From: a virus
Lineage: Duplodnaviria; Caudoviricetes
Length of the DNA stretch: 61,332 bases
Strand: one strand, 5' to 3'
Virus record (IMG/VR): IMGVR_UViG_3300005253_000079
Location: 1-61,332 of that record
Shown here piece after piece: positions 1 through 10,027 of the stretch (position 1 is its first letter; every line of letters starts with the position of its first letter). Made by a program: the position numbers and the translations under genes. The notes under the pieces were generated by a model, which did not search any database, was not told the origin of the DNA, and saw nothing but the letters and a program-made list of their open reading frames with translations.

Positions 1-125
1 GTATTCTAACTTCACGGCTATAAGACGGGCATCGACTCCAAGATTGTCCCCACTCACATCTCGGTGAACACGAATGAATAGCAGCTCGCCGCCAGCACCA
101 CCTGCCGCAACCGCACTGGTAGCAC
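1..125. repeat. Terminal direct repeat / circular assembly overlap, copy 1
   Basis: 1-125 matches 61208-61332 with one mismatch (A100 vs C61307). Confidence 0.97.
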
Positions 126-3100
126 TGGTTATATGTACGTCTCCGGCAGTTGTTAGGGTATCGGTAACAGAAGTTGTTGCAGTCCAGGCTGCGTCAATGG
201 CCTCACCCTCAGCGCGAGAGAGATACTGAATGTTCCACTCCACCGTACCGCTACCACTAGCTGCTGTCCAGTAGAAGACGGCGGTAATTTCGTCTCCGTC
301 CCAGTTGTCGGGCATGGGGATGGGTCCCCAGAAGGCATACTCATCGGCACCTGTAGCAAAATCAAGCACCCAATAATCAACATCGTTGGTGCCTGCTTCT
401 ACCACTGTAGGTGCGGCGCACGGTAAGGTTGTAGACTCCTTGCCACCACCCGCAGTGAGGACAATGGTCTGCTGCATACCTGTTGTGACTATATCTTGAT
501 CATCGACCGTGCCCCAGGAAAGTGTGCCTGCCCCGTCTGTCTGGAGGAATGTACTAGCAGCACCGTCAGCAGTGGGGAGAACCCAGATTTGATTGGCTAC
601 CAGGGCCGGAGCCTCAAAGCCTACATAATTACCGTTGTCATAGAAGCGCAGCTCGTTGTTAGATCGCAGACCCACATAGCCACTAAAATCAGAGTCGCCG
701 CCGACTGCAAGATCGTTGATTGAGAGATTCCCTTCCTTGCTCCAGCTATACTCCACAGTAACCGCTAGCTGTAGGAAGGAGCAGACCGGCTCTGTCGTCA
801 ACGAAGCCCTCTGCCGTGTAATCCTAATAAGGTAGTTACCGCCGATCTGCGTCCACACACCTAAGTCAGATATGTCGGTGTCTTCCCAAACAATGATGCC
901 TGTGTTTCTCATCCCGTTAGTACCGTCTGTCGGCCCAAACTCCGTCCATGCAGGCCCCGCACCAGAAGAGAACTCAAACTTTGGCTTTATCCCTGCGCCC
1001 GACGATCCTGTGGACAGGATGTACTCAAGCTCCTCAAACTTGTCAGCGTTTCCAATGATCATCACATCAGTATCAGCCTCAAAGATATTTACGTTGGTGA
1101 GGGGGTTTACCAGGTCTGCTAGCTTATCTACCCCCTCCACCTCAGCACGATCAGGGTCAATAAACACACCACTCAGTTGTTCGACGGGAGCTACACCTGC
1201 ACCTGCAAACAGAGCCTCCACCTTGACGCCGCCTGTGGTGGTTGTGAGTATTTCAAAAGCGCTGAACCGGCCTCCCGATGCAGCATTCTCGTCTAGGTCA
1301 ACGAGGACAGCTTCGTCGTTCTGACCTGGGGCAAGAGTGCCTGTAACGTATACTATGTCTACAGACTTGATGTCATCGAATCCAGCAGCGTTCGTGTCAA
1401 TTTCTAGGGTGTGACCGTCGTTTTCTGTGGCGGTATGAACAATGTCCATCTCCCCCAGAAGTTTAAGTTCTCCTGACCCGACAGCATCAGGATCGATAAT
1501 CAGATCATTGCCGTCGTAGTAAATCTCCGCATCGTTTCCGGTGCCAAAGATAGCTTTAACATTGTCGGCAAGGTGTAAGTCGTTGGCGATAGTTACGCCT
1601 GCACTGCCGGTGAACTCTGCGATTGTATCTACGTTGAGGGTACCGGATATGTTTTGGTCGCCTACTAGGTCCAGCTCAATACCCCCAGCAGCAGCAGCAT
1701 CGGAGCCTATTGTGACCGCCCCAACCAAGCGTGTGGGACTTGCGTTGCGAAGTCCAATATTAACGGTAGCACTAGTTAAATCGTCAATTTCTATACCAAC
1801 GGCTGTATCAATAGTTGCTCCAAACTGAGCTAAGATATTGGTGATGCGGATCGCTCTTCCTAGTGTAAGAGTCAAGCTACCCGTCTGTATAACGTTCATA
1901 GCACTAACCCAGGCTGTTAGTTCGGCAACCGTTCCGTCTCCTGCTAAGGTTGCCAGTGTTACTGAGGCAGTCTCACTGCCGCTTAGAACAGCGCCACCAC
2001 TGAGAATATAAACGACGCCCTGACGGTTCCATGAATGGTTGGTTGAGTTGTTGGCCGTAAAAGTAGCTTGCGATAAAGTGTCTATGTTATACCCAGTCAC
2101 GCTGGCTGGATCAGTAACATCTCGCCGAATAGCCAGTTGGTTCATACTACCAGGCGTACCGTCCGGCCCAATATGCACCGGGTCGGAGATGATAACGTTA
2201 CCTCTCGTCGCATGGGCCGTGGACTGGAGGGTTAGGTCTTCACCAGAGGCCGTACCACCGATAGCTGTCTGTCCACCTGAGCGACCAGCAAGTAGGAGAT
2301 ATATAGAGTGGTCGTCATCGGACAGTTCAGCAAGAGAACCGTGAGTGCCGTCAAAGAGTATGGTCCCTGTACCTCCACCGCCGGTGGTATTCGTAGTAAC
2401 GTTGATATAGGTGTTACAGCCGGTTATAATGTTCTCGGCACTGCCAGCATCAATTCCAGTACTCCAGTTGTCAATGATGTTACCGCATACGGCTGCCCCT
2501 TCATCTGTGGCCGTAGCAGAGTGGACGAACCGAACAGCCGTACCGCCACCAGCTCCACGGATAGTGCAGTCTCCAATGACTGAGAGGTTATGTTCGCTTG
2601 CACCACTGTTGATGCGGAAGCCATGCCCTGAGGCGTTTCGCTGCTGGATGTAGCAGTCTACGAACCGCCAGGACGATTTATCTAATCCTTCATCACAAAC
2701 GACAGCCGCTGTACCCGCTCCCGAGTTATTTACGTCTACCACACAATGATCGAACCGCGCTCCAACCTGAGCGGATAAGTCTAGCCAGCCCTCAAAGTAG
2801 GTATTAGAAGCAACGAGGCCCGCTGCTAGTCCCAGATCAACGGCCTTCTTCGTATTATCTGAGCCGATCTGACTGTTGTTAATTTCACACGCTGTTGTCG
2901 TACCTAATTGGAGGGCCTCGCTGCTCCCCGATGCCACGAAGCAACGATCAATCTTGAGCGAGACTCGGCTTACGTCAATTGTGATTGACCCCGAGCCATC
3001 GAAGTGCAGGCCGCGCAGTCCGATTTCACCCGTACCTGCGCCGGTCGTTGTCACGGTACCGTCAATCCTCACGGCTCCAGCGTGTGAGGAGTTCTGGCCT

Positions 3101-3816
3101 CCACCAAACTCGCCAATACTGAATGCGGTGGACATGACACCAGAGCAGCCATGCAAGGCATAGCGTTCTGTAGAGTCAAAGACCAGATTTTCCGTATAGG
3201 CTGCATCCTCCTGGAAGACGACTTTGATCATCCAGGGGCGATAGGGGGTACCCAGGTCGAGAGCGTCGATCGCGTCCTGAATTGTCAAGTCGGTCCCTCC
3301 ACCAGACGCATCAACGACCCGATCATAGCAAAGTTCGTCTGGCGTTCCGAGGTGTATCCCAATCCACCGACCGATGTCAAAGTCAAAGACTAGAGGAAGG
3401 AACTCGTTAGGCTCCAGCCTAGCATTACGCCTCTTAGACAGAAACAGGTTAGACGACGCGAGAACCGACTCGTCCTGGAACGTTATATCATTGCTTCCCG
3501 TATTGACGATGAACATGAGCTGGCCTGCTTCACCGTCAGGGATCGTAGGCGTAGAGGTGAGGGTAATGTCCGATCCCGCGTTGATCTGTGACATTGTAGT
3601 GTCAGGGCGGATCGAGCTTCCTGCAACCATAAGGCGCGAGAAGTCGGGCGTGAACATTGTAGCCCCCGACTGCCAAAGTCCCTGAACCTCGAAGTCTTGA
3701 CCGAACTCAGGCATGAGGGAGCGCCAGTCAGTCAGAAGCGTCGTCTTAAACTGGTTGACTGCTTCTCCGACTATAAACTGTTCGCGCTGATTTAGGGTCT
3801 GTCCTGGTAGTGCCAT
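1..3816 (-). CDS. Tail fibre/tailspike (1279 aa) with a probable pectin-lyase-like beta-helix; continues across the circular junction to its stop at 61184
   Basis: Manual translation from ATG at 3816 (MALPGQTLNQREQF...) is open to base 1 and on to TGA at 61184-61186 (...KLEYTVSALSS*); VVDASGGGTDLTIQDAIDAL beta-helix cap motif, G/T/S/N-rich repeats, LPTADG..FLQTDGAGTLSW fibre motif; follows the nozzle gene. Confidence 0.85.
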   Translation of the reverse strand, partial: MALPGQTLNQREQFIVGEAVNQFKTTLLTDWRSLMPEFGQDFEVQGLWQSGATMFTPDFSRLMVAGSSIRPDTTMSQINAGSDITLTSTPTIPDGEAGQLMFIVNTGSNDITFQDESVLASSNLFLSKRRNARLEPNEFLPLVFDFDIGRWIGIHLGTPDELCYDRVVDASGGGTDLTIQDAIDALDLGTPYRPWMIKVVFQEDAAYTENLVFDSTERYALHGCSGVMSTAFSIGEFGGGQNSSHAGAVRIDGTVTTTGAGTGEIGLRGLHFDGSGSITIDVSRVSLKIDRCFVASGSSEALQLGTTTACEINNSQIGSDNTKKAVDLGLAAGLVASNTYFEGWLDLSAQVGARFDHCVVDVNNSGAGTAAVVCDEGLDKSSWRFVDCYIQQRNASGHGFRINSGASEHNLSVIGDCTIRGAGGGTAVRFVHSATATDEGAAVCGNIIDNWSTGIDAGSAENIITGCNTYINVTTNTTGGGGTGTILFDGTHGSLAELSDDDHSIYLLLAGRSGGQTAIGGTASGEDLTLQSTAHATRGNVIISDPVHIGPDGTPGSMNQLAIRRDVTDPASVTGYNIDTLSQATFTANNSTNHSWNRQGVVYILSGGAVLSGSETASVTLATLAGDGTVAELTAWVSAMNVIQTGSLTLTLGRAIRITNILAQFGATIDTAVGIEIDDLTSATVNIGLRNASPTRLVGAVTIGSDAAAAGGIELDLVGDQNISGTLNVDTIAEFTGSAGVTIANDLHLADNVKAIFGTGNDAEIYYDGNDLIIDPDAVGSGELKLLGEMDIVHTATENDGHTLEIDTNAAGFDDIKSVDIVYVTGTLAPGQNDEAVLVDLDENAASGGRFSAFEILTTTTGGVKVEALFAGAGVAPVEQLSGVFIDPDRAEVEGVDKLADLVNPLTNVNIFEADTDVMIIGNADKFEELEYILSTGSSGAGIKPKFEFSSGAGPAWTEFGPTDGTNGMRNTGIIVWEDTDISDLGVWTQIGGNYLIRITRQRASLTTEPVCSFLQLAVTVEYSWSKEGNLSINDLAVGGDSDFSGYVGLRSNNELRFYDNGNYVGFEAPALVANQIWVLPTADGAASTFLQTDGAGTLSWGTVDDQDIVTTGMQQTIVLTAGGGKESTTLPCAAPTVVEAGTNDVDYWVLDFATGADEYAFWGPIPMPDNWDGDEITAVFYWTAASGSGTVEWNIQYLSRAEGEAIDAAWTATTSVTDTLTTAGDVHITSATSAVAAGGAGGELLFIRVHRDVSGDNLGVDARLIAVKLEY

Positions 3817-3825
3817 TTTAGTTTA

Positions 3826-5973
3826 TCAGAAGCGAGGTTGTGTTGCCATAACACGCTCCTGGTCCGTGTCTACGCGATCAGGCAGCTTCTCAAACTCAGC
3901 TTTAGCAGACACTAGTGCTGGCTGAGTTGCTCTTGCAGCTATTGCTGCCTGTGTCCAGCCAAAAGCCCACCTAAAGCTATAGCCTCGCTGTGGCTGCCGG
4001 ATCTCTGTGACCGCAGGGAAGCGTAAGACCTTGAGCGGAGACATATTCCACGGCTCGCCTACGTCCCAGGTGTAGTAGAAGCGACCAAGGAGGTTGGGAT
4101 CAGAGTCAAGTCCAAACAGGGTAACAGACTTCAGACGTGATAGGTGTCCCTCGTTGGGAACAAAGGCAGGGAACTCCATTAGACCCACATCGTTTAGGAA
4201 GGGATGAGACATTGTACCGGGGTGTTCATCTGGAGTAATATCTATGCGCCAAACAGCAAAGCGGCCTATTGCAAGTAAGTTACGGAAGCGGTTTAGGTTT
4301 GTTCCTCCCACGTTACCGTAGATAACCGCACCAATATCATCAGGTTCTGGAATAGTTGCTATATCATGCCAGATCGATTGACCGCCCCCTCCACGCCGAC
4401 CAAGGAGCAGGTGAGGAAACGCACCAGATCGGTCCAGCCCGTCCAGAGGATAGTTAGTATTATCTATACTAGGCGACCACGGCTGAATCTGGATACTAAA
4501 GATTATCACTGGGTCATTACTGAGCGTACCACTGAAGCTAATTCTGATCCAGTAGAGTCCGCTCACCGAGTTTACAGTATCCGTGAGCCAGGACTGGGTA
4601 GCAACCGGATCGGCTGTCATTATGATGTTGCCTGTCTGACCCCACGGGGTCCCAACAGGCTGTGCCGTAAAGTCACGAACTGCGATCGTATTCCAGCCAG
4701 TCGATCCATCACTAACCTCAACCGTCATCGTTCGGGCGGTCGAGTTTAGAGTGCTAAATGCAATCTGAACTCCTATAAACGGCCTAACCCAACCAATGTA
4801 GAGAAAGTCAGTAGTCTGGTCGATCGTAAAAGATGCTGTCGTAGTGAGGCTACCATCTCGGACATTGGTAGAGTGATCCGTGAAGGTAGGTCCAGAAGCA
4901 TCAAAGCTAAACACACGCAAGTCGGAACCGGCTGATATCATCTTGGCATTAGCAAAGGATGCTGTGTTAACCGCCGTCGCCCCGACGATCTCATGCCGCA
5001 GCGATCCCATTGTTGCAAAGAATGATGTGGTGGTATGCAGATTGGGAGTTGACTCAGTCTCATGCGGGTCGAAGGGCTGCGTATTAACGCCATCAAAGGT
5101 AACAGCACCACCATCACCCATAGGGATTACTAGGACGTTACCTAGAGAGAAGGCCCCAATACCATTGCGAGCGTGGGGATATCTCCACCAGGCAGGAGTA
5201 CGGTTGGTCCACCGTAGCCGAGACTCGTTATATGCAAAGATACCTTCCGGCTTAATGGCAATTGGAGCGTTGCCAAGTGCTATTAGGGCGTTTATATTCG
5301 TGCCTGCGTAGCCGACCACTGTACCGGCCGACCAGAGAGTCGCATCCATGCGATCGGCCCCTAGTGGGCAAACGCTTACCGATGCGTTAGCCGATCCCCC
5401 CGACGCAGTAAAGGTGCGGTATAGGCGACCATGAAGGGAGAGGAGGAGACGAGCCTGAATAGTTGTATCGGCAACTAACGTGATTGCCTGAGCAACGTTG
5501 ATCCGTCGTATGACCTGTGCAGACGCTCCACCTCCAAAGCCTACATAGACGTAGGCCACACCAGAGCCGTCATCGTCAAAGGTAGCACCCGTAGCTAGAG
5601 CTGAGGCAGATGCTCCTGCACCGGAGATGAGAAGATCAACACCGCCAGCCTGGATGTTAGTATCGGCACCGAATAGGATCTTGTGGTACTGGGCTCCCGC
5701 AATGTAGAATATTGCAGGACTAATCGTGTCGGTATCAGTCCACTCGAGGGCAAATATAGGGGTATGGGGTAGGTTGGTTGTAGCGATGCTACGAACCTGG
5801 AGACCCATACGAACCTGACCAACCCACCGTGGATCGATCGAGCCGTGGATGCGGTGATAGCGGTGCTCTTTTACTTCAGTCGCATCTCCAAATCCCATAT
5901 GGGATGATTCAAAGAGAGTGACCTCTGTAATAGGACTTTCGGTCTGTTCATCCTGATTTCTAGGTTGGACCAT
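3826..5973 (-). CDS. Putative tail nozzle/stabilisation protein (715 aa)
   Basis: Beta-rich protein of nozzle size between adaptor and fibre in podovirus gene order; carries an inserted beta-sandwich module. Confidence 0.6.
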   Translation of the reverse strand: MVQPRNQDEQTESPITEVTLFESSHMGFGDATEVKEHRYHRIHGSIDPRWVGQVRMGLQVRSIATTNLPHTPIFALEWTDTDTISPAIFYIAGAQYHKILFGADTNIQAGGVDLLISGAGASASALATGATFDDDGSGVAYVYVGFGGGASAQVIRRINVAQAITLVADTTIQARLLLSLHGRLYRTFTASGGSANASVSVCPLGADRMDATLWSAGTVVGYAGTNINALIALGNAPIAIKPEGIFAYNESRLRWTNRTPAWWRYPHARNGIGAFSLGNVLVIPMGDGGAVTFDGVNTQPFDPHETESTPNLHTTTSFFATMGSLRHEIVGATAVNTASFANAKMISAGSDLRVFSFDASGPTFTDHSTNVRDGSLTTTASFTIDQTTDFLYIGWVRPFIGVQIAFSTLNSTARTMTVEVSDGSTGWNTIAVRDFTAQPVGTPWGQTGNIIMTADPVATQSWLTDTVNSVSGLYWIRISFSGTLSNDPVIIFSIQIQPWSPSIDNTNYPLDGLDRSGAFPHLLLGRRGGGGQSIWHDIATIPEPDDIGAVIYGNVGGTNLNRFRNLLAIGRFAVWRIDITPDEHPGTMSHPFLNDVGLMEFPAFVPNEGHLSRLKSVTLFGLDSDPNLLGRFYYTWDVGEPWNMSPLKVLRFPAVTEIRQPQRGYSFRWAFGWTQAAIAARATQPALVSAKAEFEKLPDRVDTDQERVMATQPRF

Positions 5974-5975
5974 GT

Positions 5976-7298
5976 CTAAATTTCAAATATTGGTATGCCG
6001 ATAACCCGTGCTCTTTCCTGAACAGGGAAAGGAAGTGGTCCATAGTCACGTTCTGCTGACGCAAGATCGGAAAGCGCGTGTTGGAGGACTGACTGCCAGA
6101 AGTCGGCCTGGCCTGGCTGCTTTACCATATACTGTTCTGCTAGGATGCGAACCATAGCAGGGGCCACATAGTCAGTCGGGCAAAGAGTTGTAGCGGCATC
6201 ACCAACAATCCTCTGAGCGACTGTCTGATAGTTTGTAGACAGAGCAGCATAGAAGTCTCTCTCTAAATAGGAGTGAGGGAACTGACCAATAAGATCCTCA
6301 AATAACAGTCGTACAGCGTCACCAACCTGCTGTCTCCTAATACCCATACGCTCTTCTAGCGTCTCTTCGCCCCAGTGAATCTGCCCGCCTACAATCGGTA
6401 TATTACTCATAAAGTATACAGGGCCGACGTGTTGTCGGCTCAATACTCTAGCAGGAACCTGGATCATCTTCATATCCTGGCCGTGAAAGTAGACTGGTCC
6501 CCACTCAACAACAGCATTAGACTCCTGGCCCCGTAGCTGGACGTTGATCTCGCCACAGGCCGCAGGAATCGTGAAAGTACCCTCGATCCCTGTCCAGCCT
6601 CGCAGAGTCGCTGTTGCCGTTCCACCCAGGCTTATGTCAGCCCCATTGGTAACATCACGGACAACGAGTTCAGCCGTACCTGTACGGACTGACACAGGAA
6701 CGTAGATGTAAAAGAACTGGTTAGGCTGAACGTAGATTGACGGAGACGTGGCACCCTCGTTGCCAGCCGCATTGGTGCCTAGGATCGTATTTGTAGCAAA
6801 CTCATAGGGAAAAGACAAGGTCTGTATAGCAATAGTCGCCCCACCGATCGCCGTCCAGTTAGATGCTCCTACTGCATCAACGTAGCCCGCATTGGGAACT
6901 ATGCTTACCGGATGCATGGACCAGACCGAGCACAGGCGCGTGAGAGCCTCATCTCGTGCCCTATCTACATCATCAGGGTCGATCCCTTCCTTCCAAATCT
7001 CGTAAGTTGTAGCCGAGTCGTCTGTGCCTGAAAAGCTAGGAGTGACGTATAAGCGTCCAAGCGTAGTATCTAGATAGTCTACCTTAACCTGCTCGCCATC
7101 CGTATCTCCAGTGCCGTCACCACCAGAAATGCGGACGTAGCAGTCGTCAAAAGCTGAGGCAGAGAGTGAGTTAGATTGAAGACGGGTTGTGTCCACCAAG
7201 AAAGCAGCTGCCGCTCCTGCAACTGAGGTTGCCGTACCAAGCAACTCTATTAGTCCGTACCTAACTAACTCTTCTCTTATAGTTTGACCGGACGGCAT
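5976..7298 (-). CDS. Putative head-tail adaptor (440 aa) with inserted carbohydrate-binding-like domain
   Basis: Helical ends (DDVDRARDEAL..., AMVRILAEQY...), N-terminal GTATS..LVD module, central CBM-like beta region; synteny. Confidence 0.5.
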   Translation of the reverse strand: MPSGQTIREELVRYGLIELLGTATSVAGAAAAFLVDTTRLQSNSLSASAFDDCYVRISGGDGTGDTDGEQVKVDYLDTTLGRLYVTPSFSGTDDSATTYEIWKEGIDPDDVDRARDEALTRLCSVWSMHPVSIVPNAGYVDAVGASNWTAIGGATIAIQTLSFPYEFATNTILGTNAAGNEGATSPSIYVQPNQFFYIYVPVSVRTGTAELVVRDVTNGADISLGGTATATLRGWTGIEGTFTIPAACGEINVQLRGQESNAVVEWGPVYFHGQDMKMIQVPARVLSRQHVGPVYFMSNIPIVGGQIHWGEETLEERMGIRRQQVGDAVRLLFEDLIGQFPHSYLERDFYAALSTNYQTVAQRIVGDAATTLCPTDYVAPAMVRILAEQYMVKQPGQADFWQSVLQHALSDLASAERDYGPLPFPVQERARVIGIPIFEI

Positions 7299-7606
7299 TA
7301 GGTTGTTGGCATCCTCTTATTACCCTGTTCGTCAGTGACTATATTGTGGCGAATATGATCAACCGCCCGATCACCGTCCCATCCCTGAGTCTTTAGGTAG
7401 CGTCTATCGGACTCGTTCTGATACTCAGACTCGGAGTTTGGGATCGCAGCATGGTCGTTATTAACAGTCTGCACTGCATAGGCAGTTAGGCGTTGGGCAT
7501 CCTTAGTACACTCGGGACATCCAATTGAATCGACACCTGAAATCATAGACCTCTGCAACTTGTCGGTCTTATGTCCCGACTCACATCTATAGGTGTAAAT
7601 TGGCAC
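7298..7606 (-). CDS. FmdB-like zinc-ribbon protein
   Basis: MPIYTYRCxxGH...CPEC...AQR pattern. Confidence 0.75.
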   Translation of the reverse strand: MPIYTYRCESGHKTDKLQRSMISGVDSIGCPECTKDAQRLTAYAVQTVNNDHAAIPNSESEYQNESDRRYLKTQGWDGDRAVDHIRHNIVTDEQGNKRMPTT

Positions 7607-7679
7607 AGGATACCTCTCAGGCTAATCTCTAACTGGTATCTAGGGACCCTAAGCGGCCTAGAGTCCCATACTTATGTTG

Positions 7680-8348
7680 TTACTCGATCGCTGAGCTGGG
7701 CAGTTCAACCCACGCAGCGGTGATAAATCCTGTTCCCGCAGTAGCGGGTGAAAACGCAGCCAACTGGGTTGCTCCTTCAAGTACTGGCACAAAGCCGTAC
7801 TTATCCACAGAGAACTCAGGAACAAACTGGGCAGGATTAGTTGCAGCACCAAGAAGTTGCGTAGCAATCTGATCGAAGAAGACTCCCGTTGGCACAATAA
7901 CCGTGCCGCCATCAGCACCCAAGGCCCCAATCGTACACTGACTACCGACACCGGCACTTGGACGAAGGTTGTAGGGTGTGACGGTGACGCCACCATTAAT
8001 GACACCACCTGCGCCATAGAGAAGAACAAGACCCGTTTCACCTACAGCACCCATGCCGACAAATGCAGTAGCAAAGTAGACAGGGAGACAGGTCACATTC
8101 GCCGGAATAGTCTGAAGCCAATCAAACTCGTCAAGGTCAATTACACCAGCCCCAAACGTGCCGACGGCAGTTATGGTTGCGCTAGCAGAACCAACCTGGG
8201 CACCGAACATACGACCTTCTAGGCAGAGAGCCTGAAGCCAGGGCAGTGCCATATAAGAGCCATCGCGTGAAATACGCATTCCTCGCTCTGTACCATCCGA
8301 CGCTCGGCTAACGCTCTGTTGCTGAACAAAGCCGTGTTGGTTTGACAT
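7680..8348 (-). CDS. Virion structural/decoration-like protein, paralogue A2 (222 aa)
   Basis: Near-colinear paralogue of 8428..9096 (GFVQQQSVSR..DG, PWLQALCLEGRMFGAQ, W.ELPSSAI). Confidence 0.7.
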   Translation of the reverse strand: MSNQHGFVQQQSVSRASDGTERGMRISRDGSYMALPWLQALCLEGRMFGAQVGSASATITAVGTFGAGVIDLDEFDWLQTIPANVTCLPVYFATAFVGMGAVGETGLVLLYGAGGVINGGVTVTPYNLRPSAGVGSQCTIGALGADGGTVIVPTGVFFDQIATQLLGAATNPAQFVPEFSVDKYGFVPVLEGATQLAAFSPATAGTGFITAAWVELPSSAIE

Positions 8349-8427
8349 ATTTGCTTAACCCCTTTCTAACGCCTAAATTCTAGGATTTTGTGCGCTCAGA
8401 CGCTGGAGCGTACTCCTCAATGTCGTC

Positions 8428-9096
8428 TTAAGAAATGGCAGAACTCGGCAACTCGGCCCACATAGAGGTTAGATACCCCGTACTGGCCTGGCCGTTTGCG
8501 TACATAGCCAACTGCACTGCGCCCTCAAGCACCGGAACATAGCCACATTTCGTTACTGAGAACTCAGGAACGTACTGCTGCGAGGTACCTGCGACACCAG
8601 TGAGCGCCGTAGTAACCTGCTCATAGATAACGCCAGCAACTACAATAATCGTACCGTCGCCATCGTCAAGTGCCGTAACCGTACAATTAGTCGAGTTGCT
8701 TGAACTGGGGCGCATGTTAAACGGCACGAGCGTAATGCTTGTGCCTGCAACGCCCCCAGATCCCCAAACGACGTGGATACCGGCCTCGGCTGCTGTACCA
8801 ACAGCGAGGAACGCTACTGACATATAGACAGGAAGAATGGTCGTATTTACGGGAATAACGTGAAAGTAGTCGAACTCGACTAGCGAGACCGAACCTGCAC
8901 CAAACGTACCTGCACCGACGGGGTCGGTCGTGGCATCGCCGCACTGAGCACCAAACATCCGGCCTTCCAAGCAAAGCGCCTGGAGCCACGGAACCTGGAT
9001 GACGGACCCGTCACGGGTAATACGAATCCCCCGAGACGTGCCGTCTGAGTGTCGGCTAACACTCTGTTGCTGAACAAAACCAACTTGATCAGCCAT
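8428..9096 (-). CDS. Virion structural/decoration-like protein, paralogue A1 (222 aa)
   Basis: Paralogue of 7680..8348; AGGAG SD upstream. Confidence 0.7.
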   Translation of the reverse strand: MADQVGFVQQQSVSRHSDGTSRGIRITRDGSVIQVPWLQALCLEGRMFGAQCGDATTDPVGAGTFGAGSVSLVEFDYFHVIPVNTTILPVYMSVAFLAVGTAAEAGIHVVWGSGGVAGTSITLVPFNMRPSSSNSTNCTVTALDDGDGTIIVVAGVIYEQVTTALTGVAGTSQQYVPEFSVTKCGYVPVLEGAVQLAMYANGQASTGYLTSMWAELPSSAIS

Positions 9097-9214
9097 TATT
9101 CAATTCTCCTTTCTAGCGCCTTAATCATACTGACCCCAACACTTACTGTGTGGGTATGCACCAGACGGGCCGCTGTCACCTAGACGCCCAGGTGTCCGCC
9201 CTCGGAGTGCCTTA

Positions 9215-10027
9215 TCAAGATAGGGTCGCCCTTTCCTGCCAAGCTCGAATATAATCAAGCCTGACTTCGGGACCGCCCGTACCAAGCCGCTGATCGAATA
9301 GCAGCCAGATCGACAGGGCTGAGTCCCTGTTAGGTCCAGAGCGATTCGTTGCAGCCGGGATTCCATTGATCCAGAGCCGAGACTCCTGCATCTCGTTAGT
9401 TGCTACGAGAACAGTGAACTCGGTCTGTGCTGTAATAGCTTCAGCTCCTGTTGAGTCTGTAACGCTAACGCTACCACCAGATCCTTCACCCGGAGCGGCG
9501 GTGGAGGCAGCGGCAGCTAGGCCAATATTTGTGTCGTCGTCAGTGTCTCTGACGGCTACAGCAAAATTCACTCGGTTTGGGTAGACGCTTGGGGTACTCT
9601 TAATTTCAATAACACCCTGAGCGTCATGCAGATGCTCTGCGTCTATGTCAGCAAAGCCAATCTCGAACTTGCCCCGAGTGATCTCATCAACAGACAGACG
9701 GGAAACTAGAGCGCACCGCCTATCTGCATGCCAGACTTGTCGGGAGCTGATCAGCTTTAGGGTTCGGTTTTCAGGACGACCCTTTATTGCTCCACTTGCG
9801 TAGATAGAGTCGAACTGCCAACCACCCAGATCAGGATCGTCAGGGCGCTCGCCCTGAACCCACCGAGAATCCAGATCATCTGCATCAAAATCGTCATGTA
9901 TAACGTATAGGGAGTCCCAAGCAATCTGCTCAAGAAGCGCCTCGAGAGGCGTTCGAGCTATTGCTGAACGCCTCAGAAGCTTTCTTGTACCGTGGTCGTT
10001 AGGAGTGATTAGAGCTGGTTCGCCCAT
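9215..10027 (-). CDS. ConA/LamG-like beta-sandwich virion protein, paralogue B2
   Basis: DDF..W, KFEIGFAD, DTDDD, RLWING, RLDYIRAWQERA shared with 10027..11061. Confidence 0.6.
   Translation of the reverse strand: MGEPALITPNDHGTRKLLRRSAIARTPLEALLEQIAWDSLYVIHDDFDADDLDSRWVQGERPDDPDLGGWQFDSIYASGAIKGRPENRTLKLISSRQVWHADRRCALVSRLSVDEITRGKFEIGFADIDAEHLHDAQGVIEIKSTPSVYPNRVNFAVAVRDTDDDTNIGLAAAASTAAPGEGSGGSVSVTDSTGAEAITAQTEFTVLVATNEMQESRLWINGIPAATNRSGPNRDSALSIWLLFDQRLGTGGPEVRLDYIRAWQERATLS

Noticed and set aside
1-125. Biological direct terminal repeat
   Set aside because: Lies mid-CDS and has the length of a typical assembler overlap
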